Positions 20,873 to 30,947 of a stretch of DNA of 64,000 nt are shown piece by piece; position 1 is the stretch's first letter, and every line of letters begins with the position of its first letter. Where the stretch lies: the NCBI GenBank assembly GCA_000002435.2, contig CM018789.1, one strand, 5' to 3'. This DNA comes from Giardia intestinalis (lineage: Eukaryota). Both the position numbers and the translations under genes were made by a program. A model generated the notes under the pieces. The model was not told the DNA's origin and made no database searches. It saw nothing but the letters and a program-made list of their open reading frames with translations.

Positions 20873-22171
20873 ATGGTCGATCTTAGTTCTATTATCACTC
20901 AGGTAAAGCAGGGAGAGACAATGCCAACTCCTCCTGCTCCACCACAGGCTGCTCCCACTATTACTGACACATCAAAAGTAAAGAAGACGAAGACCGCGTT
21001 TGGGGGATGTTGTGGGTCTAAACCAAAGCAGAAGAAGGAGTCAGTCACCAGGGAAGCACAATCCAACACTAAAACCACAGAAAACGCCGTTGAATTACAG
21101 AATGTTAGAACTTTAGCCACCACAATCGAAGACACCATGATGAACGACACTATTCCTATCGAGAGTGACCAGATCCTTGACCGGCAAATCTCATTATCTC
21201 CTAAAACAGTTACATCTGATGTTAGCAAATATGCTGTACCAGATAAACCTCACACTGCAGCTACCGATAACCTTGAGTCTAGTAAGAGGTTCTCACGGAA
21301 GCGGAGATCCACTGATGACCTCACTCCAGCAGCTACAATTGCAGTCGCCCGGAAAGCGGCTGACAGTTCACCCAACAACCTTGTCTCCTCAACTCCTCAA
21401 ACAGATGGAAAGCCAGTCTCAGACGCTTCGCCTTCTGGCGGCCAAGGCTCGAGACTTGGTTCTGAAGCAACGTCTCCTGTTCCATCCCCGGCAATGTCAC
21501 CTGGAAGCGAGGGAGCAGATAGACTCAGTACTAAGGAGAGCACCCCAAAGCCTCCTCCAAAGAGAATGTACTTTACCAAAGTAGAGAACTGGGCTCCAGG
21601 GCCTGATGCGTTACTACCGCCGCCAACAGAAGATCAGTATAACAAAAAGCTATTAGTCTTAGACCTAGACGAGACACTAGTTCACAGCTCTTTCAACAAG
21701 GTAGACAACGCAGACATGATAATACCTTTGTCCATAGAGGACCCCGTGAGCAAGGCGACAATAAGCCACCAGGTTTATGTGTATAAGCGGCCCTATGTCG
21801 ACGAATTCCTGGAAACCATGGCAAAGTATTATGAGCTGGCGATCTTCACCGCTTCTCTCCGAGTATACTGTGATGCGGTTATGGAGAAACTTGACCCCAA
21901 TGGGCTCTGTGTGCATCGCCTCTACCGTGATTCATGCATTCAATCCAACGGTGTATTTGTAAAAGATATGAGCATACTCGGGAGACCAATAGAATCTGTC
22001 ATTATTCTCGACAACTGTGCAGCCTCTTATATGTTTCAGCCGGAAAACGGTATTTTGGCCGTGGCCTTCTACGATGACAAATCGGATACGTTCCTCAAGG
22101 CCATTGAAGAGACCATGATCCATCTGAGTCGGGTTGAGGATGTGCGAACGTATCTTCGAAGCTGTCCATAA
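20873..22171 (+). CDS. NIF/FCP1-homology CTD-like phosphatase (SCP/Dullard family), 432 aa
   Basis: C-terminal catalytic domain with the DxDxT signature in LLVLDLDETLVHSS, followed by YVYKRPYVDEFLETMAKYYELAIFTAS and IILDNCAASYMFQPENGIL. The N-terminal 240 aa are low-complexity. Confidence 0.85.
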   Translation: MVDLSSIITQVKQGETMPTPPAPPQAAPTITDTSKVKKTKTAFGGCCGSKPKQKKESVTREAQSNTKTTENAVELQNVRTLATTIEDTMMNDTIPIESDQILDRQISLSPKTVTSDVSKYAVPDKPHTAATDNLESSKRFSRKRRSTDDLTPAATIAVARKAADSSPNNLVSSTPQTDGKPVSDASPSGGQGSRLGSEATSPVPSPAMSPGSEGADRLSTKESTPKPPPKRMYFTKVENWAPGPDALLPPPTEDQYNKKLLVLDLDETLVHSSFNKVDNADMIIPLSIEDPVSKATISHQVYVYKRPYVDEFLETMAKYYELAIFTASLRVYCDAVMEKLDPNGLCVHRLYRDSCIQSNGVFVKDMSILGRPIESVIILDNCAASYMFQPENGILAVAFYDDKSDTFLKAIEETMIHLSRVEDVRTYLRSCP

Positions 22172-22189
22172 CACGCGGACGCCACTCTC

Positions 22190-22196
22190 AGTAAAT
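22190..22196 (+). promoter_or_regulatory. AGTAAAT polyadenylation signal 19 nt after the CTD-phosphatase stop
   Basis: taacacgcggacgccactctcAGTAAATaagc. Confidence 0.5.
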
Positions 22197-22227
22197 AAGC
22201 TGTAAGCTTTTAGCCGATCGTCAGCTC

Positions 22228-22941
22228 ATGATGCTCCTCAGCATTCAGCCTCGCGGCCTCTCTAAGGGACCCCAGAGCAGCTGCACGCTTGACCACGGTC
22301 CACAACGGCAGGTGGTACTTGCAAGGAAAGACGACGAGGTGTATCTTCGACTTAAGCTAGATCTCTTTTGGGCGCACGCCCGCGGAGTCAAACGGCTCGG
22401 GGTTCTCTCTGACTCGATATTTACCAACTGCCCTTCAAGGGCCGACTTCTATGTTCCCGTCAATCCGTGGCACTACGCCGTCCCAACTTTGCGAGAAATG
22501 TCCGATAGTATGCACACAGAGGAAGACATAAGGCTGACGCTTGAAGATAGGGATCCGGCGCTGGCAAGCATTCTTACAGGCATTCCCCTTCAGCAGTGTC
22601 CAGGACTCGTTAGTCGAACGTTTGACGGAGAATTGGCTCATCAGTTCAGAGAAGACACGTACTTGCAGCACTGCAAGGAGCGGATCATTGCTCTATCAGC
22701 TACCGATGCTCTAAAGACACTCGACAGAGCCATCGACTTTTGTGCACAACTGTTTGACCAAACCACAATCCAGAAGCTCAGGCAAGATCTGGGGGCCCCA
22801 AAGGCCTCATGCCCACCAATGGCCGTATCTGCAACTAAGGACGCTAGACAAGGAGCGCGCCAAACAAAAGTGAAGCGCCAAACCAAAGAGGCACCCGGGA
22901 CCGGACCCATCGACGCATTTCTGCGCACAATAAAGAAGTAA
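22228..22941 (+). CDS. Hypothetical protein, 237 aa (start uncertain)
   Basis: Longest ORF in an otherwise unassigned 0.7-kb interval. No recognisable domain. An overlapping antisense ORF (22641-23003) of equal plausibility exists. Confidence 0.3.
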   Translation: MMLLSIQPRGLSKGPQSSCTLDHGPQRQVVLARKDDEVYLRLKLDLFWAHARGVKRLGVLSDSIFTNCPSRADFYVPVNPWHYAVPTLREMSDSMHTEEDIRLTLEDRDPALASILTGIPLQQCPGLVSRTFDGELAHQFREDTYLQHCKERIIALSATDALKTLDRAIDFCAQLFDQTTIQKLRQDLGAPKASCPPMAVSATKDARQGARQTKVKRQTKEAPGTGPIDAFLRTIKK

Positions 22942-23015
22942 TCAGCAAAATTCACTGCACTAGTGTCGCCAGCTCGACGGAGAGCACTGTGAAATCGAGG
23001 CAAAATGCTGCAGAA

Positions 23016-23171
23016 TCAGAGCTTGAGGTGAGACCTCCTCCAGTGGTGTCTCTTGTAATTCCACGTCTTCTTGAGATGATCCTTTGCGATGACCCAGCGC
23101 GGGATGTTCTTGTTCGTCTTTGTCTTCTTCGCGAGCCTCAACTTCCTACTGAGCGTCTTATTCGCAGTCAT
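23016..23171 (-). CDS. RPL39: 60S ribosomal protein L39 (eL39), 51 aa
   Basis: MTANKTLSRKLRLAKKTKTNKNIPRWVIAKDHLKKTWNYKRHHWRRSHLKL aligns along its length with eukaryotic L39e (..[48 protein letters not shown]). The track ORF 23016-23198 starts 9 codons earlier. The internal ATG gives the canonical 51-aa length. Confidence 0.8.
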   Translation of the reverse strand: MTANKTLSRKLRLAKKTKTNKNIPRWVIAKDHLKKTWNYKRHHWRRSHLKL

Positions 23172-23220
23172 GACGAAGGGGCTTTTTTCCCAAGCCAAAA
23201 AGTGGAATCAATTTATATTC

Positions 23221-23508
23221 ATGAGAATAACCACACACAATGCCCCGCAGAGCCTGTCCTCTTTGGGCTATACAGTACATCCCATCCGCCCTGGATTAGA
23301 AATACCGTTGACCTCCAAGCAGCTTGTCCTCGCCAGCTTCTCTTTATGTATAGTACTCGTTTGTATCTACGTGGCAGTGGGGATACCCCAGGAGCCTCGC
23401 AAGAGAGTGCTTGCTTGCCTGCCGCTCTTGCTTGTGTCGACAGCGACCGCAATGGCTCTGGCTGTTCTTTTTATGGTGCTCCTTTTTGTCGCAGAAGTGA
23501 CGCTCTAG
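23221..23508 (+). CDS. Possible small two-TM membrane protein, about 95 aa
   Basis: An internal ATG of track ORF 23089-23508 is preceded by aatcaatttatattcATG. Two hydrophobic helices are present. The upstream part of the track ORF is antisense to RPL39 and is rejected. Confidence 0.3.
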   Translation: MRITTHNAPQSLSSLGYTVHPIRPGLEIPLTSKQLVLASFSLCIVLVCIYVAVGIPQEPRKRVLACLPLLLVSTATAMALAVLFMVLLFVAEVTL

Positions 23509-23597
23509 GCTCTATGCCCAGCACACACTAATCTAGTGCCTCCAACCTGTAAACACACCCCAGCTTTTCCATGCGCAAATGTGTTTGCCTGCATGTA

Positions 23598-23873
23598 TTA
23601 GTAGAGCTCTTTGGAGGCAGTCTCGAACTTGGCCCAGATCTCCTGTGCGCGCAACGGGGAGTCTTTAATGAGGGTAACTGTCTTATGCAGCAGTTTAAGA
23701 AGAACCTTCCTGGCCTCAAATTCCCGCTGTAGATGCTCAATGGGGCCATTCATAATATCGCCATACTTCCGCTGGCAGGTTTGCAGGTATTTTGTGTCCT
23801 TGTCAATCTCGCGCAGCTCTGCAACAACGACTGCTTCATAGGCCTTGGCGCGTTGCAGAATTGCACCAGTCAT
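23598..23873 (-). CDS. Hypothetical small helical protein, 91 aa
   Basis: An ATG ORF whose start overlaps the stop of the upstream TPR gene in an ATGA arrangement, in a different frame. No recognisable domain. Confidence 0.4.
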   Translation of the reverse strand: MTGAILQRAKAYEAVVVAELREIDKDTKYLQTCQRKYGDIMNGPIEHLQREFEARKVLLKLLHKTVTLIKDSPLRAQEIWAKFETASKELY

Positions 23874-24439
23874 TTTTGCATACTGATATTAAACGAGCCA
23901 TCGGCGTTTTTGGCCAGCTTGAAATTATCCAGGGAGAGCCCTATCTTCCCAAGAAGTTTATTGCCCCAGGATTTCATTGTAGTGATACCTGCGTCCATTG
24001 CCTTCTTGTTGCATGCGTCCCTCTCCGCGGCTTCGGCGTCTGTCAAAGGCCGGAGCTGCGTCACCACACTCCATTCACTAGCTGCCAAGATGTACTTTTC
24101 TCTGGCGGCAAAGACACGCGCGACACGCAGACGCGCATTGATATGACGCGGATTTATGTCAATTGCCTCCCGAAGTGATCGCTCTGCCTCATCCAGTTCG
24201 CCCAGGCGAACACAGGCGGCCGCGTAGTTCGACAGACAGTTTGCACGCTCGGTGGTTCGTCCGGAAAATATGGCTAGGGCCTCTCGATAATGTTCTGCTG
24301 CTTCCTTGTACCTCCCCGTCTTCAGGGCGCTATTTCCTGCCTCTTTGAACGCTATTCCGCGATCAAAAGCGTCTTTTGCTGGTTCTGGCTCAAATACCAC
24401 CTCTTGCTCGTCGATCAGCTGTGCTGTAGGGGGCTCCAT
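23870..24439 (-). CDS. TPR-repeat protein, TTC1 (TPR1)-like, 189 aa
   Basis: Three TPR units (AFKEAGNSALKTGRYKEAAEHYREAL, CLSNYAAACVRLGELDEAERSLREAIDINP, ...). The C-terminal tail KLLGKIGLSLDNFKLAKNADGSFNI resembles the conserved TTC1 C-terminus. Confidence 0.65.
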   Translation of the reverse strand: MEPPTAQLIDEQEVVFEPEPAKDAFDRGIAFKEAGNSALKTGRYKEAAEHYREALAIFSGRTTERANCLSNYAAACVRLGELDEAERSLREAIDINPRHINARLRVARVFAAREKYILAASEWSVVTQLRPLTDAEAAERDACNKKAMDAGITTMKSWGNKLLGKIGLSLDNFKLAKNADGSFNISMQK

Positions 24440-24588
24440 TTTAAAACATTGAACACGATTTGCTGTAGAGCCCGTTGAGTGCTTAGGGGACGAACCCGGC
24501 TTCCAGACGCCAGTTCACATCCTGCGTAGTCCTGGAAAATAAACAAAATTAATTTTGAATCTGCTCCAATAAAACAGACCCGGGCGAG

Positions 24589-24960
24589 ATGGAGGAGATC
24601 AAGGGCAAGACATTTTTGCCGGCGATATTTGTCGGGTACCAGCGAAGTAGGGCCAAGCAGCGCGAAAATGTCGCTCTTGTCAAGGTCAGTGGGATCTATA
24701 CACGCGCAGAGACAGACAAGGTGCTCGGGAGACTCATTGCAATAATCCACTCCAAGAGCGGCAAGCCCATTTTCGGCAAAATCTGCCGCCCGCACGGCAA
24801 CTCCGGCATGGTCCGTGCGCGCTTCTACACAAACCTCCCGGGCCAGCTTATGGGCCACAAGGTGCGTGTTTTCTATGACAATATCGACGTGGGCGACCGC
24901 GCAACACCGAAGTACGAGCGCTTGTACGGGAACCCCAACGCGACGGTAACCTACGAGTAA
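24589..24960 (+). CDS. RPL35A: 60S ribosomal protein L35a (eL33), 123 aa
   Basis: GKICRPHGNSGMVRARFYTNLPGQLMGHKVRV matches the L35Ae signature GK(I/V)xRxHGNSGxVRAKFxxNLP. AT-rich initiator upstream. Confidence 0.9.
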   Translation: MEEIKGKTFLPAIFVGYQRSRAKQRENVALVKVSGIYTRAETDKVLGRLIAIIHSKSGKPIFGKICRPHGNSGMVRARFYTNLPGQLMGHKVRVFYDNIDVGDRATPKYERLYGNPNATVTYE

Positions 24961-25047
24961 ATAGTCAGGCGGGCTTGTGGCGTGATGCTGGGGGTCTCGC
25001 CCTGGTGGTTTACTGCTTTGCCGCCGCACTCAGTGTGAGACAGGCTA

Positions 25048-25527
25048 TCAGTTCATGAGTGCTCCGAGAAGAAAGCGGGCGCCGTCGCTCAAGGTTTGCT
25101 TGAAGGACCTCTCACTCACTTGCGGGCCAGCTGGGTTATCAGAAAGGTAAAACCCATTGTCCACAATTTCCCCAAGAGTTATGCAGATAGATGCATACTG
25201 CTCCTTGCACGCCGCTAGGGAGAGGCGCTCACCAAGTATGCCCACCAACGCCTCTACAACCGTGGAGGCGATATCGCAGAGAAGCATCTCATTCTCCGCT
25301 TCCGCGCCGATCACAAAGAGGAACAGCCCGCCAAGCTTTCTGTAGATGCACGGGTAGGGGCAATAGTGGAGCTGGCTGGACGTGCTAATCGAGTCCAGGG
25401 TGGCGGCATGCAGCGCCGGGAGAAAGGACGAGAGGTAGCCTTCGGCGAGGAGAGGGTCGTAGCACTGGGCGTAGATAGCTGCGCCGCTCACGTCCGTCAA
25501 AGCCAGCCCTGCGAGCTGCCTCTGCAT
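25048..25527 (-). CDS. Coatomer zeta subunit (zeta-COP; longin-like small adaptor subunit), 159 aa
   Basis: LALTDVSGAAIYAQCYD, IYRKLGGLFLFVIGAEAENEMLL and LGEIVDNGFYLSDNP align with the zeta-COP blocks ILILDNDGxRLFAKYYD, VVYKSxxDLYFYVIGSSxENELML and VDEIVDGGVILESDP. Confidence 0.75.
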   Translation of the reverse strand: MQRQLAGLALTDVSGAAIYAQCYDPLLAEGYLSSFLPALHAATLDSISTSSQLHYCPYPCIYRKLGGLFLFVIGAEAENEMLLCDIASTVVEALVGILGERLSLAACKEQYASICITLGEIVDNGFYLSDNPAGPQVSERSFKQTLSDGARFLLGALMN

Positions 25528-25676
25528 TTTATTAAAGGAACCTCATGTGTGCTTTCACTCATCAGCGTGCAAGACACTCCGAAACACGGACTAAGCGTTG
25601 CAAATCACGGGTTGCTAGGACTTTTTTCCCCACATGCAATGCAATTTAATATGATTACTGTCATCCATTTTTTAGT

Positions 25677-28448
25677 ATGGATTTTGGAGCCGCTGGGGCC
25701 TTGGACGATGTGCAAAGTCAGGAGGGGTTCCTCCATATTAACCAGATGGCCGACATGCTCTACAATTGCATTAAGAAGCAGTTGAATGTTGCAGACGACG
25801 ACACAGTTAACGTCGCAGATGTCAGCTCCTTGGTCAATCTTCCGTTTGACGCACTCAAGGATTACGTAGATGACACTGGGAGAATAAGCATCAATGGGAT
25901 TGTCAATTGTGCCGTCAGCCAGCTGGCCCAGAACAACGTAAGGTCCATCCGCACAGAAACCCAGGATACTCAGGCTAGACAGCAAGGCTCGACACTCAGG
26001 AGGCTCACCGGGGAATTAAAGGCAATTACGCGGCGTCGGAGTGAGATTCTTGGTGCGCAGCCTTCCAACTCCTTCGATCCCGCCCCCTCTATTGCAAGCC
26101 TTTTGGGGTCGAACACACATGTATTCAGTAGTATTGCTGGCTCTACCCATCCCCAGGGCTTTAACATAGCTACCTTCAATGAGCTTAAGACAAAGAACTC
26201 AGATCTGTCTACACAGTTAAGCAAGGCAGATAAACAGATAGGAGAGCTCAAGAAGCTTGTCTTAGATAAGGACTACGAAATAGCCCAGCTCAATGAGCGG
26301 ATCAAGGGCCTGATGACTGATGCTGCCAGTGTCGTCTCTCTGCCGCAGCGGACTCCATCCATCTCATCCGCAGAGCTTCAGTCACTCCAGGCCACCCTTC
26401 ATGAACCCCTCATTGTTCTCAGAGGGATGCTTCAAGACCTCCACACAGCCATTGTACCTGCTCCGTTGTCTGGGCCGGCCGATAACTTTGTCTCTGACGA
26501 AACAGGTCTGGTAGATATGAACGTAGGAGATAGACGATCGAATGCGACGCTCAAGGAGCGTGTGGCTAAGATTCTGACTGCAACAGAGCGTATTTTGGAG
26601 GGACAAAATACGGCATTCAAGCAGCTGGAGGAAAAAGATGCCAGTATCCTTAAAGTCTTGACCTCCAGCTTCGAGTCTGTACAGTCACATCTTTCTTCTA
26701 CTCAGGATGTCGTTATCACCACATTAGAGAAGAGGGTGGGATCCATCAATGCCAAGTTAGCAGATACCGTTAAAGACTACATTGAGCATCTTTTTGCATC
26801 TATACCTATACCTTCCACATGTGGCCAACAGGCAAGTAGCTCCGATGGCCTGGAAAAGCAAGTCTTCGATACCGTTTTTTCCGAAAGTCGTGTGCAATCG
26901 AGGATAGAGCTTAAGGAGGTGATAAGGGATATCATGGCTGCCAGTTCTGAGTCTCTCATAGCTAAGCTGGACGAAATTAAGAGGGAAGTGGTAAAGGTAG
27001 AGAGGACCGATTCCGAAAGCACAGTGGGCGACAGACTGATGCCTACCGATCTAGCTAGCGTCATTGCAGCACAAACAAGTGAGCTGTCCCTTATCTTGTC
27101 CGATGTACAAGGTAAGGTCATTGAAGGTGTATCAACACACATAGAGCAGCGTCTTTCTCAGCTTCAGCTTGAGCTGGCACGTAATATGCACAACCTGAAG
27201 GAGCTCCTCACCCAAAACCTAGAGGCCTTTGTCCACCCGGCGAACCTGTCCGGGAAGCCCTCTGCCTCACATTCATCGATGGACTCCATGATACAGCACT
27301 GGGACGCGTCTCTTGTTGAAGGAATTGCTCAAGAAGTTGCTTTAAAGATTCAAGCACGACTAGATCAGTACCGTGATGCGGTGCTTTCTCAGATACCGCG
27401 AGAGCAAACTACTCTGTATGATCAACAGCCAGGCTTGGTCTCAGGCGTGTTGCAAGCATTTGTCGACTCTGTTTTTCCTGACCTCAAAGAGGGGTTTCAG
27501 GAGCTTATAACAAAGCAGTTTACAATCCACATGGAGACCTTTGCAGAAGAGCAGTTGCGTTTTGCAGAGGCGCTCTGCTGTGACTTCAAGAGCATCCTTC
27601 TGGACGACCCTCACAGAAACCACTCCCAGCAAATGCCGATTTCTGAGGCCACTCGGTTGGAGAATATGCTTCCTCTGCGCGCTAGCCCCACAGTACTGAC
27701 GGAGGAGGACAATCCAGGTTGCTCTCCGCAAGAGATAGTACAAGGAGTGTCCAAGTTGCTGGAGAAGAAGGCCCCTGTAATCTCTGGTATTATTACAAAA
27801 GCATCAAAGAGGTCGCTGGCAGCTGCTAGCAGACGGGACTCCGGACGTCTTGAGGAAAGTGCTCTGATCGTGTTCAACGATGAAAACGACAACGTAATTG
27901 ATGCATTGGTCAAGGAAAAGGATTTGCTCAACATATGTCCCGGGCTAGCTAATGAAGAAACAGGCCTGCAAGGCAAACCTCTAACGGAGATATCGTTAGC
28001 TATAGATCAAATCTGTACACAGCCGGCCCAGAGCAATGTCCCAGAGTCCTTCCACACTCTCAGATTTCCACCGCACTCGTTCCAGACCCTGCAGCATTAT
28101 CTTCCGGAGACCAACACCAAGCTCGATCTCATTGAAGATCATATTCTGCGACAGTTTGCAGACGTAAGAAGCTCCATCGATGGGCTGACCAAATCTATCA
28201 ACACCTCAACCTATATAACATCTAGCGAGGCCGCAAGGATGCGGCAAGAATACCGCGACGTCGCCATGACTATAGATGATATAAACGACGGGCTTGCAGC
28301 GGTTATAGAGTCGGAGTCTGCTAGGACGCTCTCGAATTTACGTCACATTGTCTGGGCCGACTATATTACCGTAACTGCTGTCTTGGCCCTCACGCTGGTC
28401 ATATTTTTCAACCTGATTGTGGTTCTTGCAACACATAACTGCACATAG
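25677..28448 (+). CDS. Tail-anchored coiled-coil protein, 923 aa (function unknown)
   Basis: Long ATG ORF. Extended heptad-rich regions. A single C-terminal TM (ITVTAVLALTLVIFFNLIVVLA) lies 6 residues from the stop. Confidence 0.6.
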   Translation: MDFGAAGALDDVQSQEGFLHINQMADMLYNCIKKQLNVADDDTVNVADVSSLVNLPFDALKDYVDDTGRISINGIVNCAVSQLAQNNVRSIRTETQDTQARQQGSTLRRLTGELKAITRRRSEILGAQPSNSFDPAPSIASLLGSNTHVFSSIAGSTHPQGFNIATFNELKTKNSDLSTQLSKADKQIGELKKLVLDKDYEIAQLNERIKGLMTDAASVVSLPQRTPSISSAELQSLQATLHEPLIVLRGMLQDLHTAIVPAPLSGPADNFVSDETGLVDMNVGDRRSNATLKERVAKILTATERILEGQNTAFKQLEEKDASILKVLTSSFESVQSHLSSTQDVVITTLEKRVGSINAKLADTVKDYIEHLFASIPIPSTCGQQASSSDGLEKQVFDTVFSESRVQSRIELKEVIRDIMAASSESLIAKLDEIKREVVKVERTDSESTVGDRLMPTDLASVIAAQTSELSLILSDVQGKVIEGVSTHIEQRLSQLQLELARNMHNLKELLTQNLEAFVHPANLSGKPSASHSSMDSMIQHWDASLVEGIAQEVALKIQARLDQYRDAVLSQIPREQTTLYDQQPGLVSGVLQAFVDSVFPDLKEGFQELITKQFTIHMETFAEEQLRFAEALCCDFKSILLDDPHRNHSQQMPISEATRLENMLPLRASPTVLTEEDNPGCSPQEIVQGVSKLLEKKAPVISGIITKASKRSLAAASRRDSGRLEESALIVFNDENDNVIDALVKEKDLLNICPGLANEETGLQGKPLTEISLAIDQICTQPAQSNVPESFHTLRFPPHSFQTLQHYLPETNTKLDLIEDHILRQFADVRSSIDGLTKSINTSTYITSSEAARMRQEYRDVAMTIDDINDGLAAVIESESARTLSNLRHIVWADYITVTAVLALTLVIFFNLIVVLATHNCT

Positions 28449-28464
28449 GTGCTGATTGGTTGGT

Positions 28465-30861
28465 CTAAAAGGCACTATTTGAGCCTGTGCTGTCTGGTCT
28501 GGGTGGTAGGTCAGCCAGCCAAGATAAGGACGCTGCTCCCTGGAAGCTTGGGGAGGATGGAGGAGACAGAGGATAAGATGTGCTGATAACCGAGGTATCT
28601 ATGCCTTCAGACGTGCTACTCTGTGTTGGCCTGGAACTGGTCCTGAGTGTGGTCTTCTTCCTTTGCACAAGAGCCATGTTGGCATAAGCTGTCACAAAGT
28701 CTATTTCTGCTTGTTTTCCGGCGAATATCCTTTCCATACGATCTAGCTCTTTTGATGCGACATCAAATAGCTCGGTCGTGAATTTAACCAGCCTTTCTGG
28801 GTCCCGAAAGTAAGAAAACGGCGGGACTATCGTCCTTTTTGCCAAGGAGGTCCACTCTCTGTGGAGCCTGTCAGCATGTGCAACTAATATCTTATCCAGA
28901 AGAAGATGAGTGGCATCATTACCTTGATCGTATAGCATTTGCATGCTCTCGCATAGCAATTCTGATTTCATTACAGCCTCTACAAATCTATCCTCTGGTA
29001 TCTGTCCTTTGTTAGACTTTGAGTCAATGACTAACATACTTTTTCTTTCCTCTTCACTCGTGTGGATGCAAAGCTTTGCGTATGATGCAGCAATCTGCTG
29101 TAGGACCAACCCTGTCCGCGTGTGAAGGAGTGATGCAGTGACTTGCTGGTAAAGGTTATCTATATAAAAACATTGATTGACGAGTAAAGAGTAAAGGGAT
29201 TCCTCGACGTGAGTTGAGCATTTAGTGCGAGAATTCCCAGAGGCGCTTGATTTTCTGGTATCTGGTGCATGGGCTTTTGGCAACGCAGACGGCTCCACGA
29301 GGGATCCAATGCACGCCCGGAGCCGTGCATTCTCGCCAGCCAAGATGGCTATCGTCTCGTGAGACTCCTGAGAGGAACTGTCTTTGTTTAGGAGAAGTAA
29401 AACATCTGGCAAATGCTTTTCAAGCTTAGTCAGAGATATGCCAATCGAGGACAAATATGCTTCCGCGATGGCACGGCTATTGACCTCCATTGAAGAGTCA
29501 CAGCCAGACACAGACTCTATGTCCGTGGCAAAGCTTTTAGGCCTGCTCCGGTCTGGAAGGCTCTTGCACCGCTCTGCAAACGCAAGCGTTGACAAGGTCT
29601 CTGGTAGAGATGCTAGGTCTGGAGATAATGTTACTATCGCTACCATCCTGCTTTCACCAGCCAAAGAGGGCTTTAGAAGCTTCGTCAGCAGTGAGTCTCT
29701 GTACGGTACATGGGATATCTTCTTTCCTAAAGCTTGCTTTGACAGTGCACTTACAACGTTGCCGAGAGCAGAGAGGGACTGGTTAATATGGGTGGCCTCA
29801 GAGAGCCGAACCCCGTCTGATTTGCTCGCCTTAACTCGTTCGCTACCCGCTAGATCACAGAGGTAAAAGATTGCTTCGAAGGCAGGCGCATCAAACTGTG
29901 TCCTTGCCAGTGTCTTAGCATATGTTTGGAAACTCCTGGTTGTGCTTGTAGAGACGTGTAGCTCGTCCAAAGGACGTAATATCGCACTGTTCTGTTTTTC
30001 TAGCCGTGGTATGTTAGACTTCCTTCGCTCTTTGGCTAAAGCTGGAGCTGCACTATTTGCTCTTGGAGCCCTGTAACAGGCCCCTTGAGTAGTTCCAGAG
30101 AATTCTTCAGTGGTGTTTTTCAAGTATTCTGCGCTAGTAATGAACAGCTGAGAAGATTGCTTATCTCCTAGGGCGCGCTTACAGAGTGCGACGCAGAGAA
30201 CTGTGTGCGATCGCGAGGATGACTTGTTCATCATTGTAGGCGCGGTTGTCCTGTTTTGCAGCCCCACTCTAACAACTGCCATAGCATCGGCAGCTGTGGA
30301 AACTGAAACACACGTAGCATTTGATATGTAAAAGAACCCTCCTGCTTCACGAAGACTAATCCTCCTGCGAGGAAGTAGCAAGTCTTCCAATTCATCATTA
30401 TAAATCTGCACCATCGAAAGCAGCAGCTGCGAGGTGGCAAAGTTGTGCTTCTGGGGACCATACTGTAGCTTGTGAAAGAGCCTATTGAAGAAGATGCCGC
30501 AAACACCCTCCTCTTTCAGGCTGGCCCTGTCCTCTGACAAAGCAGGAGTGTCGGCTTCGAACCCCATGGTGTGTGTCTTGCCGGACCCCGTCTGGCCGTA
30601 CACAAAGCATGTGCATGAATAGCCATCAAGAAAGTCAGCGACCAGCGGTCCCAGTGAAGAGTCATGCACGTCTACGCTGGTGACATTCGGCCCATAAACG
30701 CCGTCCAGGGTAAACGAGCGGATGTTTGCAAATGGAGGACGCACAACGACTGTGCAGTCCTGGGAGAAAAGGCACTGTGGGTTAGTGATCTCATCAGCAC
30801 TGATCGGGGGCCGTAGACGGGCGTAGACCTTCACGTGCCGCTGCATATTGACATAATTCAA
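28465..30861 (-). CDS. Kinesin-like protein with N-terminal motor domain, 798 aa
   Basis: P-loop CFVYGQTGSGKTHTM, switch I SSRSHTV, switch II LCDLAGSER, and neck/motor conserved blocks VKVYARLRP, FTLDGVY, HVPYRDSLLTKLL. Confidence 0.9.
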   Translation of the reverse strand: MNYVNMQRHVKVYARLRPPISADEITNPQCLFSQDCTVVVRPPFANIRSFTLDGVYGPNVTSVDVHDSSLGPLVADFLDGYSCTCFVYGQTGSGKTHTMGFEADTPALSEDRASLKEEGVCGIFFNRLFHKLQYGPQKHNFATSQLLLSMVQIYNDELEDLLLPRRRISLREAGGFFYISNATCVSVSTAADAMAVVRVGLQNRTTAPTMMNKSSSRSHTVLCVALCKRALGDKQSSQLFITSAEYLKNTTEEFSGTTQGACYRAPRANSAAPALAKERRKSNIPRLEKQNSAILRPLDELHVSTSTTRSFQTYAKTLARTQFDAPAFEAIFYLCDLAGSERVKASKSDGVRLSEATHINQSLSALGNVVSALSKQALGKKISHVPYRDSLLTKLLKPSLAGESRMVAIVTLSPDLASLPETLSTLAFAERCKSLPDRSRPKSFATDIESVSGCDSSMEVNSRAIAEAYLSSIGISLTKLEKHLPDVLLLLNKDSSSQESHETIAILAGENARLRACIGSLVEPSALPKAHAPDTRKSSASGNSRTKCSTHVEESLYSLLVNQCFYIDNLYQQVTASLLHTRTGLVLQQIAASYAKLCIHTSEEERKSMLVIDSKSNKGQIPEDRFVEAVMKSELLCESMQMLYDQGNDATHLLLDKILVAHADRLHREWTSLAKRTIVPPFSYFRDPERLVKFTTELFDVASKELDRMERIFAGKQAEIDFVTAYANMALVQRKKTTLRTSSRPTQSSTSEGIDTSVISTSYPLSPPSSPSFQGAASLSWLADLPPRPDSTGSNSAF

Positions 30862-30947
30862 AAAAACCTACAAGGAGCGGTCCGCCCGGCCCTTCTGCAC
30901 ATTTACACGTTCTGGTCATTTCTAGTTACTTTCATAAATAATAACTC

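Noticed and set aside
22989-23531. 180-aa plus-strand ORF spanning the L39e locus
   Set aside because: It overlaps the well-supported eL39 gene on the opposite strand and has no homology. It is explained as a chance ORF.
23598-24439. Possibility that the 91-aa ORF is a frameshifted continuation of the TPR gene
   Set aside because: The TPR protein already ends with a conserved TTC1-like C-terminal tail (GLSLDNFKLAKNADGSFNI) before its stop. The ATGA stop/start overlap in a different frame is a common compact-genome arrangement. They are kept as two genes, with low confidence for the small one.
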